Shown piece after piece: positions 1 to 9,170 of a stretch of DNA of 64,000 bases (its first letter is position 1; the number at the start of each line of letters is the position of its first letter). A program made the position numbers and the translations under genes. Under the pieces are notes generated by a model, which made no database searches, had not been told where the DNA came from, and saw nothing but the letters and a program-made list of their open reading frames with translations. The stretch spans positions 64,001-128,000 of the forward strand of contig OZ271854.1 in NCBI GenBank assembly GCA_965601925.1. The letters are read 5' to 3'. This stretch comes from Alkalispirochaeta sp. (GTDB lineage Bacteria > Spirochaetota > Spirochaetia > DSM-27196 > Alkalispirochaetaceae).

Positions 1-528
1 CAGGAGTTCATCTTCGTGTTCATCTTGGCGGTCATCCTCACCTATATGCTCCTGGCGGCGATATTGGAAAAGTTCGGTCAGCCGCTCTTGATTCTCTCGA
101 CCGTTCCGCTGTCGCTCATCGGCGTCATTATCGCCTTTCTGTTGACCGGACGCACGATGAATATCGTCTCGATGCTGGCGATCGTCATGTTGGTGGGGCT
201 CGTCGTCAACAACGCGATTCTGATTCTCGAGTACGCCAATCAGCTGAAGAGCCGCGGCAAGAGCGTCCGCGAGGCGTTGATCGAAGCGGCGCCGACCAAG
301 CTCAAACCGATTCTCATGGGCAACATCGCTACGATGCTGGGAATGCTCCCGATGGCGTTGGGTATCGGCGCCTCCGGCGCGGAGATGCGTCAACCGATGG
401 GCATCGTCTCCATCGGCGGCCTCTTCGCCGCGACGTTCCTGTCGTTGTTCGTGATACCGGCGTTGGAAGTAACGCTCGCGCGGAAGCCGAGACGATCGTC
501 GCTCGAGGGCGCGCCGGCCGAAGGATAG
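1..528 (+). CDS. RND efflux transporter permease (AcrB/AcrD/AcrF family), C-terminal part, truncated by window start
   Basis: Frame open from base 1. Terminal TM helices with RND motifs GLVVNNAIL, KLKPILM, GMLPMALGIGASGAEMRQPMGIVSIGG. Confidence 0.93.
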   Translation, partial: QEFIFVFILAVILTYMLLAAILEKFGQPLLILSTVPLSLIGVIIAFLLTGRTMNIVSMLAIVMLVGLVVNNAILILEYANQLKSRGKSVREALIEAAPTKLKPILMGNIATMLGMLPMALGIGASGAEMRQPMGIVSIGGLFAATFLSLFVIPALEVTLARKPRRSSLEGAPAEG

Positions 529-600
529 TCGGTGGACGTCTCCCGCGCCGCGGTCGAAATCCGTCGCGCGGGACGGCACCATGAAAGGACACTACGAACC

Positions 601-2013
601 ATGAAACAGCACACCCCATCCCCCGCGGGAGGAAGAGCACTGCGCCGCGAGGGCCGGCTCGTCCGATGCATCATCGCGATACTCTTCGTCGTCTCATCGA
701 CGGGAGTCGCGGCCCAGGAGGTGACCCTCGAACTCGAGGCGTTTCTCATACGGGTCGAGGCCGAAAGCCTGCAGCTCGAACAGTTTCGCACCGACCGCGA
801 TCTCGCCTCGATACAAGAGGAGTTGGCGCGCTCGCAGATTTTTCCCTTTATCGGAGGGGAGGTCGGATATACCCGAAACTTCCTCGATATCGAACAAGAC
901 TTTGCCGTGGCAGCCGACTCGAACGATCCGATCGGCGGAGCCGGGAGCGGTATCTTTCCCCTCCTCACCGAGCCGGTCGACGTGAACTCCGACAACGACT
1001 ACTCCTTCGGTGTCTCGCTCCAACAACGACTCTTCGACGTGACCGTCTTTCGTGCGATCGAGGCGAGCGGACAGTTCACGAATCTCACCGGAACGGTGTA
1101 CGAGGCGAGTCGTCAACGTATCCTCACCGGCGCCAAGCAGCTCTTCTTTCAAACCCTCCTGCTCGAGGAGGTGTTGGCGGTGCGGCGAGCCTCCGAGGAG
1201 ATCGCCCGCGAGAACTTCGTCGATACGCAGCGTCGCTTGGATAACGGACTCGCGTCACCGCTGGAGGTACTGCAGGCGGAGGTCAACTGGCGCATTACGC
1301 AACCGGAGACGAGCCAGGCGCAACGCAACCTCAACGTTGCGTTGCAGAACCTGAAAAACTTCGCCGGTCTATCGCAGGCGGACGCGGTTGTCCTCGAAGG
1401 GACGCTTGACTCCTATCCACCACTCCCCTCCTTCGACGACGCCTTTGACGAGCGCGCCGACCGCCCCGACTACCGGGCGCTCCTCTCCGAGCGTCGCCTG
1501 CGGGAGATCAACATCGACGCCCAGCGCGCGCAGTTTTACCCCAGCCTCTCGGCGCAACTCACCTACGGTTGGCAAGCGAGCGACGACGGATTTGATCTCG
1601 GCGACCCGACGGACTCGTTTTCGGCCGGTCTCGTGCTCACGGTTCCGATCTTTTTCGGCGGGAGTCGTTTCTCGCTCCTCGACGAGGCGCGTCTGGAACT
1701 GCGGCAGGTCGATACTCGAATCGCCCTCGCCGACGAGACGATCGCCACCGAGATCGAGACGATACGGCTCGTGCTCGAGGAGGCCGCCGTACGTATCGAA
1801 TCGGCGTTACAAACCTTGGCGACCGCCGAGCGCGCCTTTGAAGTGACCGAGACGTCGTTGGAGAACGGTTTGGCAACACAACTCGACCTTGAGGACGCAC
1901 GCGTCAACTTGGAGCAGGCGCGGCTCAACCACTTGGCGGCGGTCTTCGACTACCTGAGCGCGTACTTCGACTGGCAGCTCGCCACCGGGCGCGGTGATGA
2001 AGGGCTCGGATAA
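601..2013 (+). CDS. TolC family outer-membrane efflux protein
   Basis: Follows the RND gene. Signal-like hydrophobic stretch and two OEP-type repeats (GLASPLEVLQAE, GLATQLDLEDA). Start uncertain (GTG 532 or ATG 601). Confidence 0.88.
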   Translation: MKQHTPSPAGGRALRREGRLVRCIIAILFVVSSTGVAAQEVTLELEAFLIRVEAESLQLEQFRTDRDLASIQEELARSQIFPFIGGEVGYTRNFLDIEQDFAVAADSNDPIGGAGSGIFPLLTEPVDVNSDNDYSFGVSLQQRLFDVTVFRAIEASGQFTNLTGTVYEASRQRILTGAKQLFFQTLLLEEVLAVRRASEEIARENFVDTQRRLDNGLASPLEVLQAEVNWRITQPETSQAQRNLNVALQNLKNFAGLSQADAVVLEGTLDSYPPLPSFDDAFDERADRPDYRALLSERRLREINIDAQRAQFYPSLSAQLTYGWQASDDGFDLGDPTDSFSAGLVLTVPIFFGGSRFSLLDEARLELRQVDTRIALADETIATEIETIRLVLEEAAVRIESALQTLATAERAFEVTETSLENGLATQLDLEDARVNLEQARLNHLAAVFDYLSAYFDWQLATGRGDEGLG

Positions 2014-3109
2014 GGCCGGCGGCCGATCTCCGGCAGTACCGCCCCTTCACGCGATCGGGAATCTCGTCCTCGACGCCTTCTACGCGCAGCGGAGCGACGA
2101 TGACTCGGATACTCGGATAGAGGTACCGACCGGGCCGGTCCACGTCTCCGCCGCTGAGCTCGACACGTGGTGGACAGAGCTTCCGCGCGAACGGATGGTT
2201 ATGCGCGCCGGTGGAGCGCCGGGGAATGTCGCCCGCGCCTTGGCCGCCTTGAACACGCCGTGCATCGTCCACGGCATGGTGGGACAAGATTGCGCAGGAG
2301 AGCGCTATAGACGACTTCTGTCCCAGGTCGGCGTCACGCTCGCCTCCGGTTCGCAGCCGGCGGTCGCGACGGGACGATCGGTCACCCGCTACAGACCGCG
2401 TCGGGTACACGACGCGCGCTTGCGCATTCAACCGCCGCCGCCCCTTTCGCTACCGTTCTGGGAGCAATTTCTCTCCGCCGTCGAAGCGACCTCCCGAACC
2501 GCGTCCACCGCCGGGGTCGTGTATATCGACGGATATCTCATCGGAACGGCGCTCCACCGGATGCGCGATCACGGGAAGGAACGGCGGGGACGGTCGCACC
2601 ACATGGAGCCGCAGGATATCGTCACCGCCGTAGCGCATCTACGCGAACTGGGTTTCGCCCTCGCATTCGACTTGGCGCACTGGGCAATTGCCGCCGCTGC
2701 GCCGGACACGGTTCTAGCGGCGATACACACCGTGCTGGGCGGCGCCCCCGGGTCGGTGGTGTTCGCCAAACCGGAGGAGCTGGAGCCGCTTGGCGGCCTG
2801 CCGACCGTATTGACGCAACGCGTTCGAGGCGGCGAGCAGTACCGCGGCGTACTGGTGCTCAAAGAGGGAGCGCTGGGCTGTAGTGTCTACGCGCCCCGGC
2901 TCGGCGAGGAATCCGACGGCCGTTTCGAGCCCATCTCGTATCGCGGCATCCCGGCCGATACGGTCGAAGCGACGGGGCGCGGCGACTGCTTCGCCGCCGG
3001 CTGGCTCGCCTCGGCGCTCCGAGGTCACTCGCTCTACGAGTGCGCCGCAGCGGCATATCGCGCTGCGGCCTTGTGTAGCGGCGTGCCCGGCGCTATGCTC
3101 CCGGTATGA
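1994..3109 (+). CDS. PfkB/ribokinase family carbohydrate kinase (divergent)
   Basis: AGGAPGNVARALAAL...GMVGQDCAG near the N-terminus, LKEGALG, and C-terminal EATGRGDCFAAG (variant of DTTGAGD). Confidence 0.75.
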   Translation: MMKGSDKAGGRSPAVPPLHAIGNLVLDAFYAQRSDDDSDTRIEVPTGPVHVSAAELDTWWTELPRERMVMRAGGAPGNVARALAALNTPCIVHGMVGQDCAGERYRRLLSQVGVTLASGSQPAVATGRSVTRYRPRRVHDARLRIQPPPPLSLPFWEQFLSAVEATSRTASTAGVVYIDGYLIGTALHRMRDHGKERRGRSHHMEPQDIVTAVAHLRELGFALAFDLAHWAIAAAAPDTVLAAIHTVLGGAPGSVVFAKPEELEPLGGLPTVLTQRVRGGEQYRGVLVLKEGALGCSVYAPRLGEESDGRFEPISYRGIPADTVEATGRGDCFAAGWLASALRGHSLYECAAAAYRAAALCSGVPGAMLPV

Positions 3110-3693
3110 GCCGATCCGATCTGTTGATTCCCGCCGCAAGTAAACGCGGCGCTATGCTCGAGACGTTTTTCGTGGCGGCGACCGTCGCGCTACCGGTCCT
3201 GAGTCACGCCCTCGGATGGGACGGCGCGGTGTGGCTTCCCATGCATTGGGGAGTGCTTGCCGCCTCGATTACCGTCGGACCGCTTGCGGGTCTCGCCATC
3301 GGGCTGGCCGCGCCGCCTCTCAACGCGCTGTTGACCGGGTTACCGCCGGCGCCGATCGTCCCGGCGATGATGCTGGAGCTTGCGGTCTACGGATGTATCC
3401 CCGGCGTGGCGCTCCGCATCACGTATCGCGGTACGCGCTCCGCGGCCGGAACGGCGATAGTTGTCGCCGGCGCACTGATCGCAGGTCAGCTCATCGGCAG
3501 GGCGGCGTTTCTCGCGGGCATGCTCGTGACCGGCGGCTCGGGACCCGCGGCGGCGCTTTCGACGGCTCCCCTTGCGTTCTTGCGCTCCGCGTTCGCCTCC
3601 GGGCTATCGGCCGCTGCAGCCCAAGTCGTCGTCCTGTCCGCCGCATTCGTTGCGGCTCGACGCATGACGTCCGACATCGCCGGTCGGAGGTAA
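3106..3693 (+). CDS. ECF transporter S-component-like membrane protein
   Basis: About 6 TM helices with WLPMHWGVL, GPLAGLAIG, TGLPPAP..PAMMLELAVYG. ATGA overlap with the kinase. Confidence 0.72.
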   Translation: MSRSDLLIPAASKRGAMLETFFVAATVALPVLSHALGWDGAVWLPMHWGVLAASITVGPLAGLAIGLAAPPLNALLTGLPPAPIVPAMMLELAVYGCIPGVALRITYRGTRSAAGTAIVVAGALIAGQLIGRAAFLAGMLVTGGSGPAAALSTAPLAFLRSAFASGLSAAAAQVVVLSAAFVAARRMTSDIAGRR

Positions 3694-3828
3694 CGAACCG
3701 CGCCGCGTTCGACACGTTCGGCCGCGGCCCATCTCCTCTATCTCGACAACCGAACATATCTCGCGTGCTATGTGCCGACGGCCCGCGGGTGACTGGGTGT
3801 GCCACGCCTTCGAACCGCGATTCGACGC

Positions 3829-3857
3829 TTGATTTGATTTCAAATGAAAGTTATATT
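3829..3857 (+). promoter_or_regulatory. Sigma70-type promoter with palindromic operator TTTCA-AA-TGAAA in the spacer
   Basis: TTGATT (3829-3834), 17 bp, TATATT (3852-3857). Inverted repeat at 3838-3849. AAGGAG RBS before ATG 3878. Confidence 0.75.
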
Positions 3858-3877
3858 GATTTCATAAGGAGCATTCT

Positions 3878-4672
3878 ATGGGCGAAAAACGGATCGGATC
3901 GATCGACAAGCGCGTCAAAATAGCGGCGGGACTCTTCTGGGCCGACTACGGATACCTCGCCGACACGGTGGGAGAACTGGAAGCGGGCGGCGTCGACTGG
4001 ATCCATATGGAGATGCGCGACGGCGAGTACATGCAGTTTAACGTTCCTCGCGGGGGCATCGACATACTGACCGGCGTCAGGCCGTACACCGACCTGGAGA
4101 TCGAGGTCCAACTCCAAATGGTGCGCCCTACCCTCGACCTCTATCGCCAACTCGCCGATGCGGGTGCCGACCTCATCACCATTCCGATCGAACACGCCGG
4201 GGAGACCCTGATCGAGCACATCACCTTCGTGAAGGAGCTGGGTCTCAAGGTCGGCGTGTGGGGCTGGCAGGGCCTGCCGACGGTCTTTTTTGACCAATGC
4301 ATTCCCTTCGTAGACGTGATCGAGTACGAATGTCGCTATCCTTTTTGGGCGCCCGTCAAAGGGGGTCGAAGTCCCCACGTGATGGATCCGATCATCGAGG
4401 AGACGATCGACGAGCTGTACGGCATGCTCCGTCGGCGCAATCGCGAGACCGAAGTGGAGCTCATGGAGGACGGGGGGCTCAACACCGGCAACCTCGAATC
4501 GTTCGTCAAACGCGGTATGAGCGTCGGCGAGTTCTCCTCCCCACTCCTTAAGGGGCCGAAGGGCAGGTTCAAGCCCGGGGAAGGGGATATCACCGCCGCC
4601 GCCCGGGCGCTCCGGTCGCACTTGGACGGGCTGGCCGAGCGGTACCGCGCCGACGACGGTAGTCTGAAATGA
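3878..4672 (+). CDS. Ribulose-phosphate 3-epimerase family protein (divergent active site)
   Basis: Rpe/AlsE-like TIM-barrel pattern: DWIHMEMRDG, IEVQLQM, AGADLITI, LGLKVGV, LMEDGGL. Confidence 0.8.
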   Translation: MGEKRIGSIDKRVKIAAGLFWADYGYLADTVGELEAGGVDWIHMEMRDGEYMQFNVPRGGIDILTGVRPYTDLEIEVQLQMVRPTLDLYRQLADAGADLITIPIEHAGETLIEHITFVKELGLKVGVWGWQGLPTVFFDQCIPFVDVIEYECRYPFWAPVKGGRSPHVMDPIIEETIDELYGMLRRRNRETEVELMEDGGLNTGNLESFVKRGMSVGEFSSPLLKGPKGRFKPGEGDITAAARALRSHLDGLAERYRADDGSLK

Positions 4673-5814
4673 ACGCCGCGACCAACATTGCCGTCATGGG
4701 CTACGGAATGATCGGGCGCCTCCACAGCCTCAACTACAAGGAGTTACCGTTTCTCTATCCCGGCACTATTCCCGCTCCGACTCTACACACCGTGTGTACT
4801 TCCCGCGACGAGAGCGCCGAGGCGGCCCGACGAGAGGCGGGTTTCCTGTCGGCGCGAACCGATATCGATGACGTCTTGGCCGACGGTGCGATCGATGTAG
4901 TAGACGTGTCGCTGCCCAACGGGCTCCATCGCGAGGTGATCGAGAAGGCCCTGAGCGCGGGAAAACACGTGTACTGCGAGAAGCCGCTGGCGGGAACCAT
5001 TGAGGACGCACGCGCCATCGCCCGCGTCGCCGCCACCGCGACCGCGAAGTTCGGTATGGTCTTCCAATACCGCTTCGTGCCGGCGCTCGTCAGGGCGCGG
5101 CAGCTCATCGACGAGGGGCGATTGGGTCGCATTTTCACCTTCCGCGCCGAGTACCTCCACTCGGGGTACCAAAACCCGAAGCGCCCGTTGAGTTGGCGTA
5201 TGAAAAAGGAAGCGGGCGGTTCCGGGGCGCTCGGCGACCTCGGCTCTCATGTGATCGACTTGGTACGGTACCTCGTCGGCGACTTTGACTCGCTCCAAGG
5301 TCATCTGGAGACCTTCATCCCCGAGCGTCCCGTGGCTGCGGACTCCCATGAGACGGGAACGGTTACGGTGGACGACGTGGCGTGGATACGCGCACGCATG
5401 AAAAACGGCGCGGTGGGTACCATCGAGGCGTCGCGGTTCGCCACCGGCACACTCGACGATCTGCGCATAGCCGTATACGGTGAGAAGGGCGCTTTCTCCT
5501 TCGATCTCATGGACCCGAGCTTTCTCTACTGGTTTGACGAGGGAAGTCCGGGAGGGGCGTACGGTGGGAGCCGCGGATGGCAACGCATCGAGTCGGTCAG
5601 TTACTACCCCGGAGCCAAGACGCCGCCGGCGCGTGCGCCCATCGGCTGGATACGCTCCCACGCGGAGAACCAGTATCGTTTTCTCTTGGCCGTCGCCGAA
5701 GGACGCGATCCCTCGCCGGGGATCGTCGACGGGCTCAAGGCGCAGCTGGTGATCGATGCGGCGGAGCGTTCCGCCGCCGACGCCGGACGGTGGATCGAGG
5801 TTGAACAGGAGTAA
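4669..5814 (+). CDS. Gfo/Idh/MocA oxidoreductase, levoglucosan-dehydrogenase-like subfamily
   Basis: GYGMIGRLH Rossmann motif, GKHVYCEKP, PLSWR, GSGALGDLGSHVID. The subfamily call rests on remembered similarity. Confidence 0.9.
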   Translation: MNAATNIAVMGYGMIGRLHSLNYKELPFLYPGTIPAPTLHTVCTSRDESAEAARREAGFLSARTDIDDVLADGAIDVVDVSLPNGLHREVIEKALSAGKHVYCEKPLAGTIEDARAIARVAATATAKFGMVFQYRFVPALVRARQLIDEGRLGRIFTFRAEYLHSGYQNPKRPLSWRMKKEAGGSGALGDLGSHVIDLVRYLVGDFDSLQGHLETFIPERPVAADSHETGTVTVDDVAWIRARMKNGAVGTIEASRFATGTLDDLRIAVYGEKGAFSFDLMDPSFLYWFDEGSPGGAYGGSRGWQRIESVSYYPGAKTPPARAPIGWIRSHAENQYRFLLAVAEGRDPSPGIVDGLKAQLVIDAAERSAADAGRWIEVEQE

Positions 5815-5826
5815 CGAGGAGGGAGT

Positions 5827-8250
5827 ATGAGTACGGTCGGCGCCTCGATGAGTATCAAAGCGATGGATGAGGCGGTCTCACGCCTTCCCTCCTCTACGCG
5901 GATCGAGACGCTCAAACGCGCAATGCTCGCCGAGGAGCGATGCGTGTCGGTGGAGCAGGCACGCATCGTCACCAAGAGCTACGCCGACCACCCCGATAGT
6001 CCGCGCATCCTCAAGCGCGCCTACGCCCTCGCCGATTCGCTGCGAACGATTACGGTCCGCGTCGATCCGGGAGAGCTCATCGTCGGCAATCGTACTCCCG
6101 GGGTGCGTGCCGGGGTCGTCTTTCCGGAGTCGGGCGTATCGTGGATAGCCGAGGAACTTGACGCGCTTCCCGGCCGACCGCAAGACCCGTTCAACGTCTC
6201 CATCGAGGCGGCGAGAGCGTTCAGGGAGGAGATCGTCCCCGCATGGTCCCGCGACACCCTCGAGGATGAGGTCGAGCGTCGTCTTGGTGACGACATCGCC
6301 GCCGTTCGTTCCGTGGTCAAGATCAACCAGACCGACCACGCCCAAGGGCACATCTGCCCCGATGTAGCCTCGTGGCTCTCATCCGGCCCCCGAGCGCTTC
6401 TGGATCACGCCCGGCGGGCCGCCGAGAACGCGCCGCTCTCCAACGATCCTGCGAAACCCGCGGGAAGAGACTTCTACCGCGCCGTGGCCGTAACCCTGGA
6501 AGGGGCGTTGGAGTTCATCACGCGCTACGCCGGCGAGGCGCGCCGAAGGGCGACCGGCCGGAGCGACGAGGCGGCGGCTGAGCTGTACGAGGTGGCACGG
6601 GTGTGCGGGGCACTTGCCGAACGCACTCCGGAGAGTTTTCACGAGGCGGTGCAAGCCGTGTGGTTCCTCTTTGTCATGCTGCAGATGGAATCCAACGCCT
6701 CGTCGTTTTCCCCGGGCCGGATGGACCAATATCTCCTCCCCTTCTTGAAGCGCGATCTCAAAGAGGGCGTATTGGATCTCCCGCGTGCGCAGGAGCTCAT
6801 AGAGGCGCTGTGGCTCAAGTTCAATCAGATCGTCTATATGCGGAGTCGCTCTTCTGCGCAGTACTTCGCCGGCTTTCCCATCGGGTTCAATGTGGCGATC
6901 GGCGGCATCGACCGCCGTGGACGGGACGCCACCAACCTACTGTCGTTCATGTTTCTTCGCGCCCAGGAGCACATCGGCCTTCCGCAACCCAACCTTTCGG
7001 CGCGTCTGTGGCGCGGCTCACCCGCGGAGTTTGTCGATCGCTGCGCTCAGGTGATCGGCCTGGGGAGCGGAATGCCGCAGATCGTCAACGACGAGAGCGT
7101 CATACCGGCCCTCATGCGGCGCGGTATCGCCCGTGAGGACGCCCGGGACTACGCGGTAGTGGGGTGCGTCGAGCTCTCCACCCAGGGCAACAACCTCGGG
7201 TGGAGTGATGCGGCGATGTTCAACCTCGTCAAAGTGCTTGAGTTGGCGCTGAACGACGGCGTGTGTATGCTCACCGGTCGCCGCCTCGGTCCCGCGACCG
7301 GAACGCTCCCGGACCTCAACGATTTTGCCGCGTTGGAAGAGGCGTACCGGCGACAGTTCGATTTCTTCTTCGATGCTATGATTCCCCTGTGCGACGCGGT
7401 GGATCGTCTCCACGCCGAAATCCTCCCCTCCCCCTTTCTGTCGAGCGTCATCGACGGCTGCCTGGAGTCGGGAGTGGACGTGACCGCTGGTGGGGCGCGC
7501 TACAATCTGAGCGGCATTCAGGCGATCCAGGTCGCCAACTTGGCGGACAGTTTGGCGGCGCTCAAGGAGATGGTGTTCGATACGCGGGAGATCGACCCCG
7601 CTGAGTTTCTCGAGGCGCTTCGAAACGACTATACCGGCGCGGAGAGGCTTAGGCGCAGATTGATTGAGGCGGTTCCCAAGTACGGCAACGACGTCGCGTG
7701 GGTCGACGAGCTGGGCTCCCGTTGGACGCGCTACTTTGCAACGCGCCTCGCCGAAGCTATCAATGCCCGGGGAGGTCCGTATCACATGGGACTCTATACG
7801 GTCTCAGCGCACGTTCCCATGGGGAAAAACGTCGCGGCGACGCCCGACGGACGTCACGCACGCGAACCGTTGGCGGACGGCGGACTGTCGGCGATGTATG
7901 GGAGAGATCGAGCGGGTCCCACGGCGCTCCTCACGTCGGTCTCACGAATCGATGCGACGGACGCGAGCAACGGCACGCTCCTCAATATGAAGTTTCTACC
8001 CCGCACCTTCGAGAATGCGGTGGAGCGGGCCAAGTTTACGGCGATGCTGCGTGCGCTGGTGCGCCTCAACATTCACCACGTGCAGTTCAACGTCGTCGAT
8101 CGTGAAACCCTCCGAGCCGCGCAGACCGATCCCGACGCGTATCGCAATCTGACGATCCGCGTCGCCGGCTACACGGCCTACTTCGTGGAGCTCGCGCCGG
8201 ACCTCCAAGAGGAGATCATCGCGCGCACCGCTTACGGGGAGGTACAATGA
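5827..8250 (+). CDS. pflD: Glycyl radical enzyme, PflD-like
   Basis: Cys loop VGCVE and Gly loop RVAGY. PflD-type segments INQTDHAQGHI, ESNASS, SSAQYFAGFP, YTVSAHVP, LADGGLS, SNGTLLN. Confidence 0.88.
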   Translation: MSTVGASMSIKAMDEAVSRLPSSTRIETLKRAMLAEERCVSVEQARIVTKSYADHPDSPRILKRAYALADSLRTITVRVDPGELIVGNRTPGVRAGVVFPESGVSWIAEELDALPGRPQDPFNVSIEAARAFREEIVPAWSRDTLEDEVERRLGDDIAAVRSVVKINQTDHAQGHICPDVASWLSSGPRALLDHARRAAENAPLSNDPAKPAGRDFYRAVAVTLEGALEFITRYAGEARRRATGRSDEAAAELYEVARVCGALAERTPESFHEAVQAVWFLFVMLQMESNASSFSPGRMDQYLLPFLKRDLKEGVLDLPRAQELIEALWLKFNQIVYMRSRSSAQYFAGFPIGFNVAIGGIDRRGRDATNLLSFMFLRAQEHIGLPQPNLSARLWRGSPAEFVDRCAQVIGLGSGMPQIVNDESVIPALMRRGIAREDARDYAVVGCVELSTQGNNLGWSDAAMFNLVKVLELALNDGVCMLTGRRLGPATGTLPDLNDFAALEEAYRRQFDFFFDAMIPLCDAVDRLHAEILPSPFLSSVIDGCLESGVDVTAGGARYNLSGIQAIQVANLADSLAALKEMVFDTREIDPAEFLEALRNDYTGAERLRRRLIEAVPKYGNDVAWVDELGSRWTRYFATRLAEAINARGGPYHMGLYTVSAHVPMGKNVAATPDGRHAREPLADGGLSAMYGRDRAGPTALLTSVSRIDATDASNGTLLNMKFLPRTFENAVERAKFTAMLRALVRLNIHHVQFNVVDRETLRAAQTDPDAYRNLTIRVAGYTAYFVELAPDLQEEIIARTAYGEVQ

Positions 8251-9170
8251 CCGGCAACGCTTCCGGGCTCATATTCGACGTGAAGCGCTTTGCCCTCCAC
8301 GATGGGCCGGGGATTCGTACCACCGCCTTCCTCAAAGGGTGCCCCCTCGCGTGTCCGTGGTGCCACAACCCCGAGGGCATTGCAAAACGGCGCCTCGTCT
8401 GGTACGACGCTCATCGCTGCATCAAATGTCGTGCGTGCATCGCCTCGTGCCCGCGCTCCGCCCTTACGTCCCATCCCGACGGCGCCCACTTCATCCACGT
8501 GGATCGTACGGCGTGTGACCTTACCGGCTCATGCATCGACGTATGCCCCACCGGCGCCCTGCGGTGGGACAGCCGGAGCTACACGGTCGGCGAGTTGGTC
8601 GATCTCTTGGAACGCGACCGCCTCTTCTACGAAACATCCGGCGGCGGCGTCACCCTCTCCGGCGGGGAGCCGCTCTCTCAGGAGAAGTTCGCGCACGCCG
8701 TCCTGGCTGAGTGTCGAGAGCGGGGACTCCACACCGCGATCGAGACGACGCTGTTCGCCTCCCATCGGACGTTGGATCGCTTCATCCCTGTGGTGGATCA
8801 CTTCTTAGTCGATATCAAAGTGTGGGACTCGGAGCTTCACCGTCGGACGGCGGGGGTCGACAACAAACCGATCCTGGATAACATCCGGCTCCTCGCCGAG
8901 AGAGGCTCGACGCTTACGGTACGTATTCCCCTCATCCCCGGCATCACGGCGACGGCGGAGAACATCCGTCCAACCGCCCGCTTCGTGCGCGACCTACCGG
9001 GGACGGTCCCCCTGGAGCTGATCAACTTCAACCCTCTCGCCTCGGGAAAGTATCTCGTCCTCGCACAGGATTACGCCTTTTCATCGTATAATGCGCCCTA
9101 TTCAGAGGAGGAATACCGTGTCTTTGTCGACATCGCGCGCAGTGAGGGAGCCCATATCGCGGAAGGATAG
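8247..9170 (+). CDS. Glycyl-radical enzyme activating enzyme (radical SAM, ferredoxin insert)
   Basis: HDGPGIRTT, CPLACPWCHNPE, CIKCRACIASCP, GGVTLSGGEP. ATGA overlap with the GRE. Confidence 0.96.
   Translation: MTGNASGLIFDVKRFALHDGPGIRTTAFLKGCPLACPWCHNPEGIAKRRLVWYDAHRCIKCRACIASCPRSALTSHPDGAHFIHVDRTACDLTGSCIDVCPTGALRWDSRSYTVGELVDLLERDRLFYETSGGGVTLSGGEPLSQEKFAHAVLAECRERGLHTAIETTLFASHRTLDRFIPVVDHFLVDIKVWDSELHRRTAGVDNKPILDNIRLLAERGSTLTVRIPLIPGITATAENIRPTARFVRDLPGTVPLELINFNPLASGKYLVLAQDYAFSSYNAPYSEEEYRVFVDIARSEGAHIAEG

Noticed and set aside
5827..9170. Annotation as true pyruvate formate-lyase, or as a microcompartment (GRM) locus
   Set aside because: It has a single-Cys GCVE loop rather than the PFL CC pair, and there are no BMC shell genes in the window.
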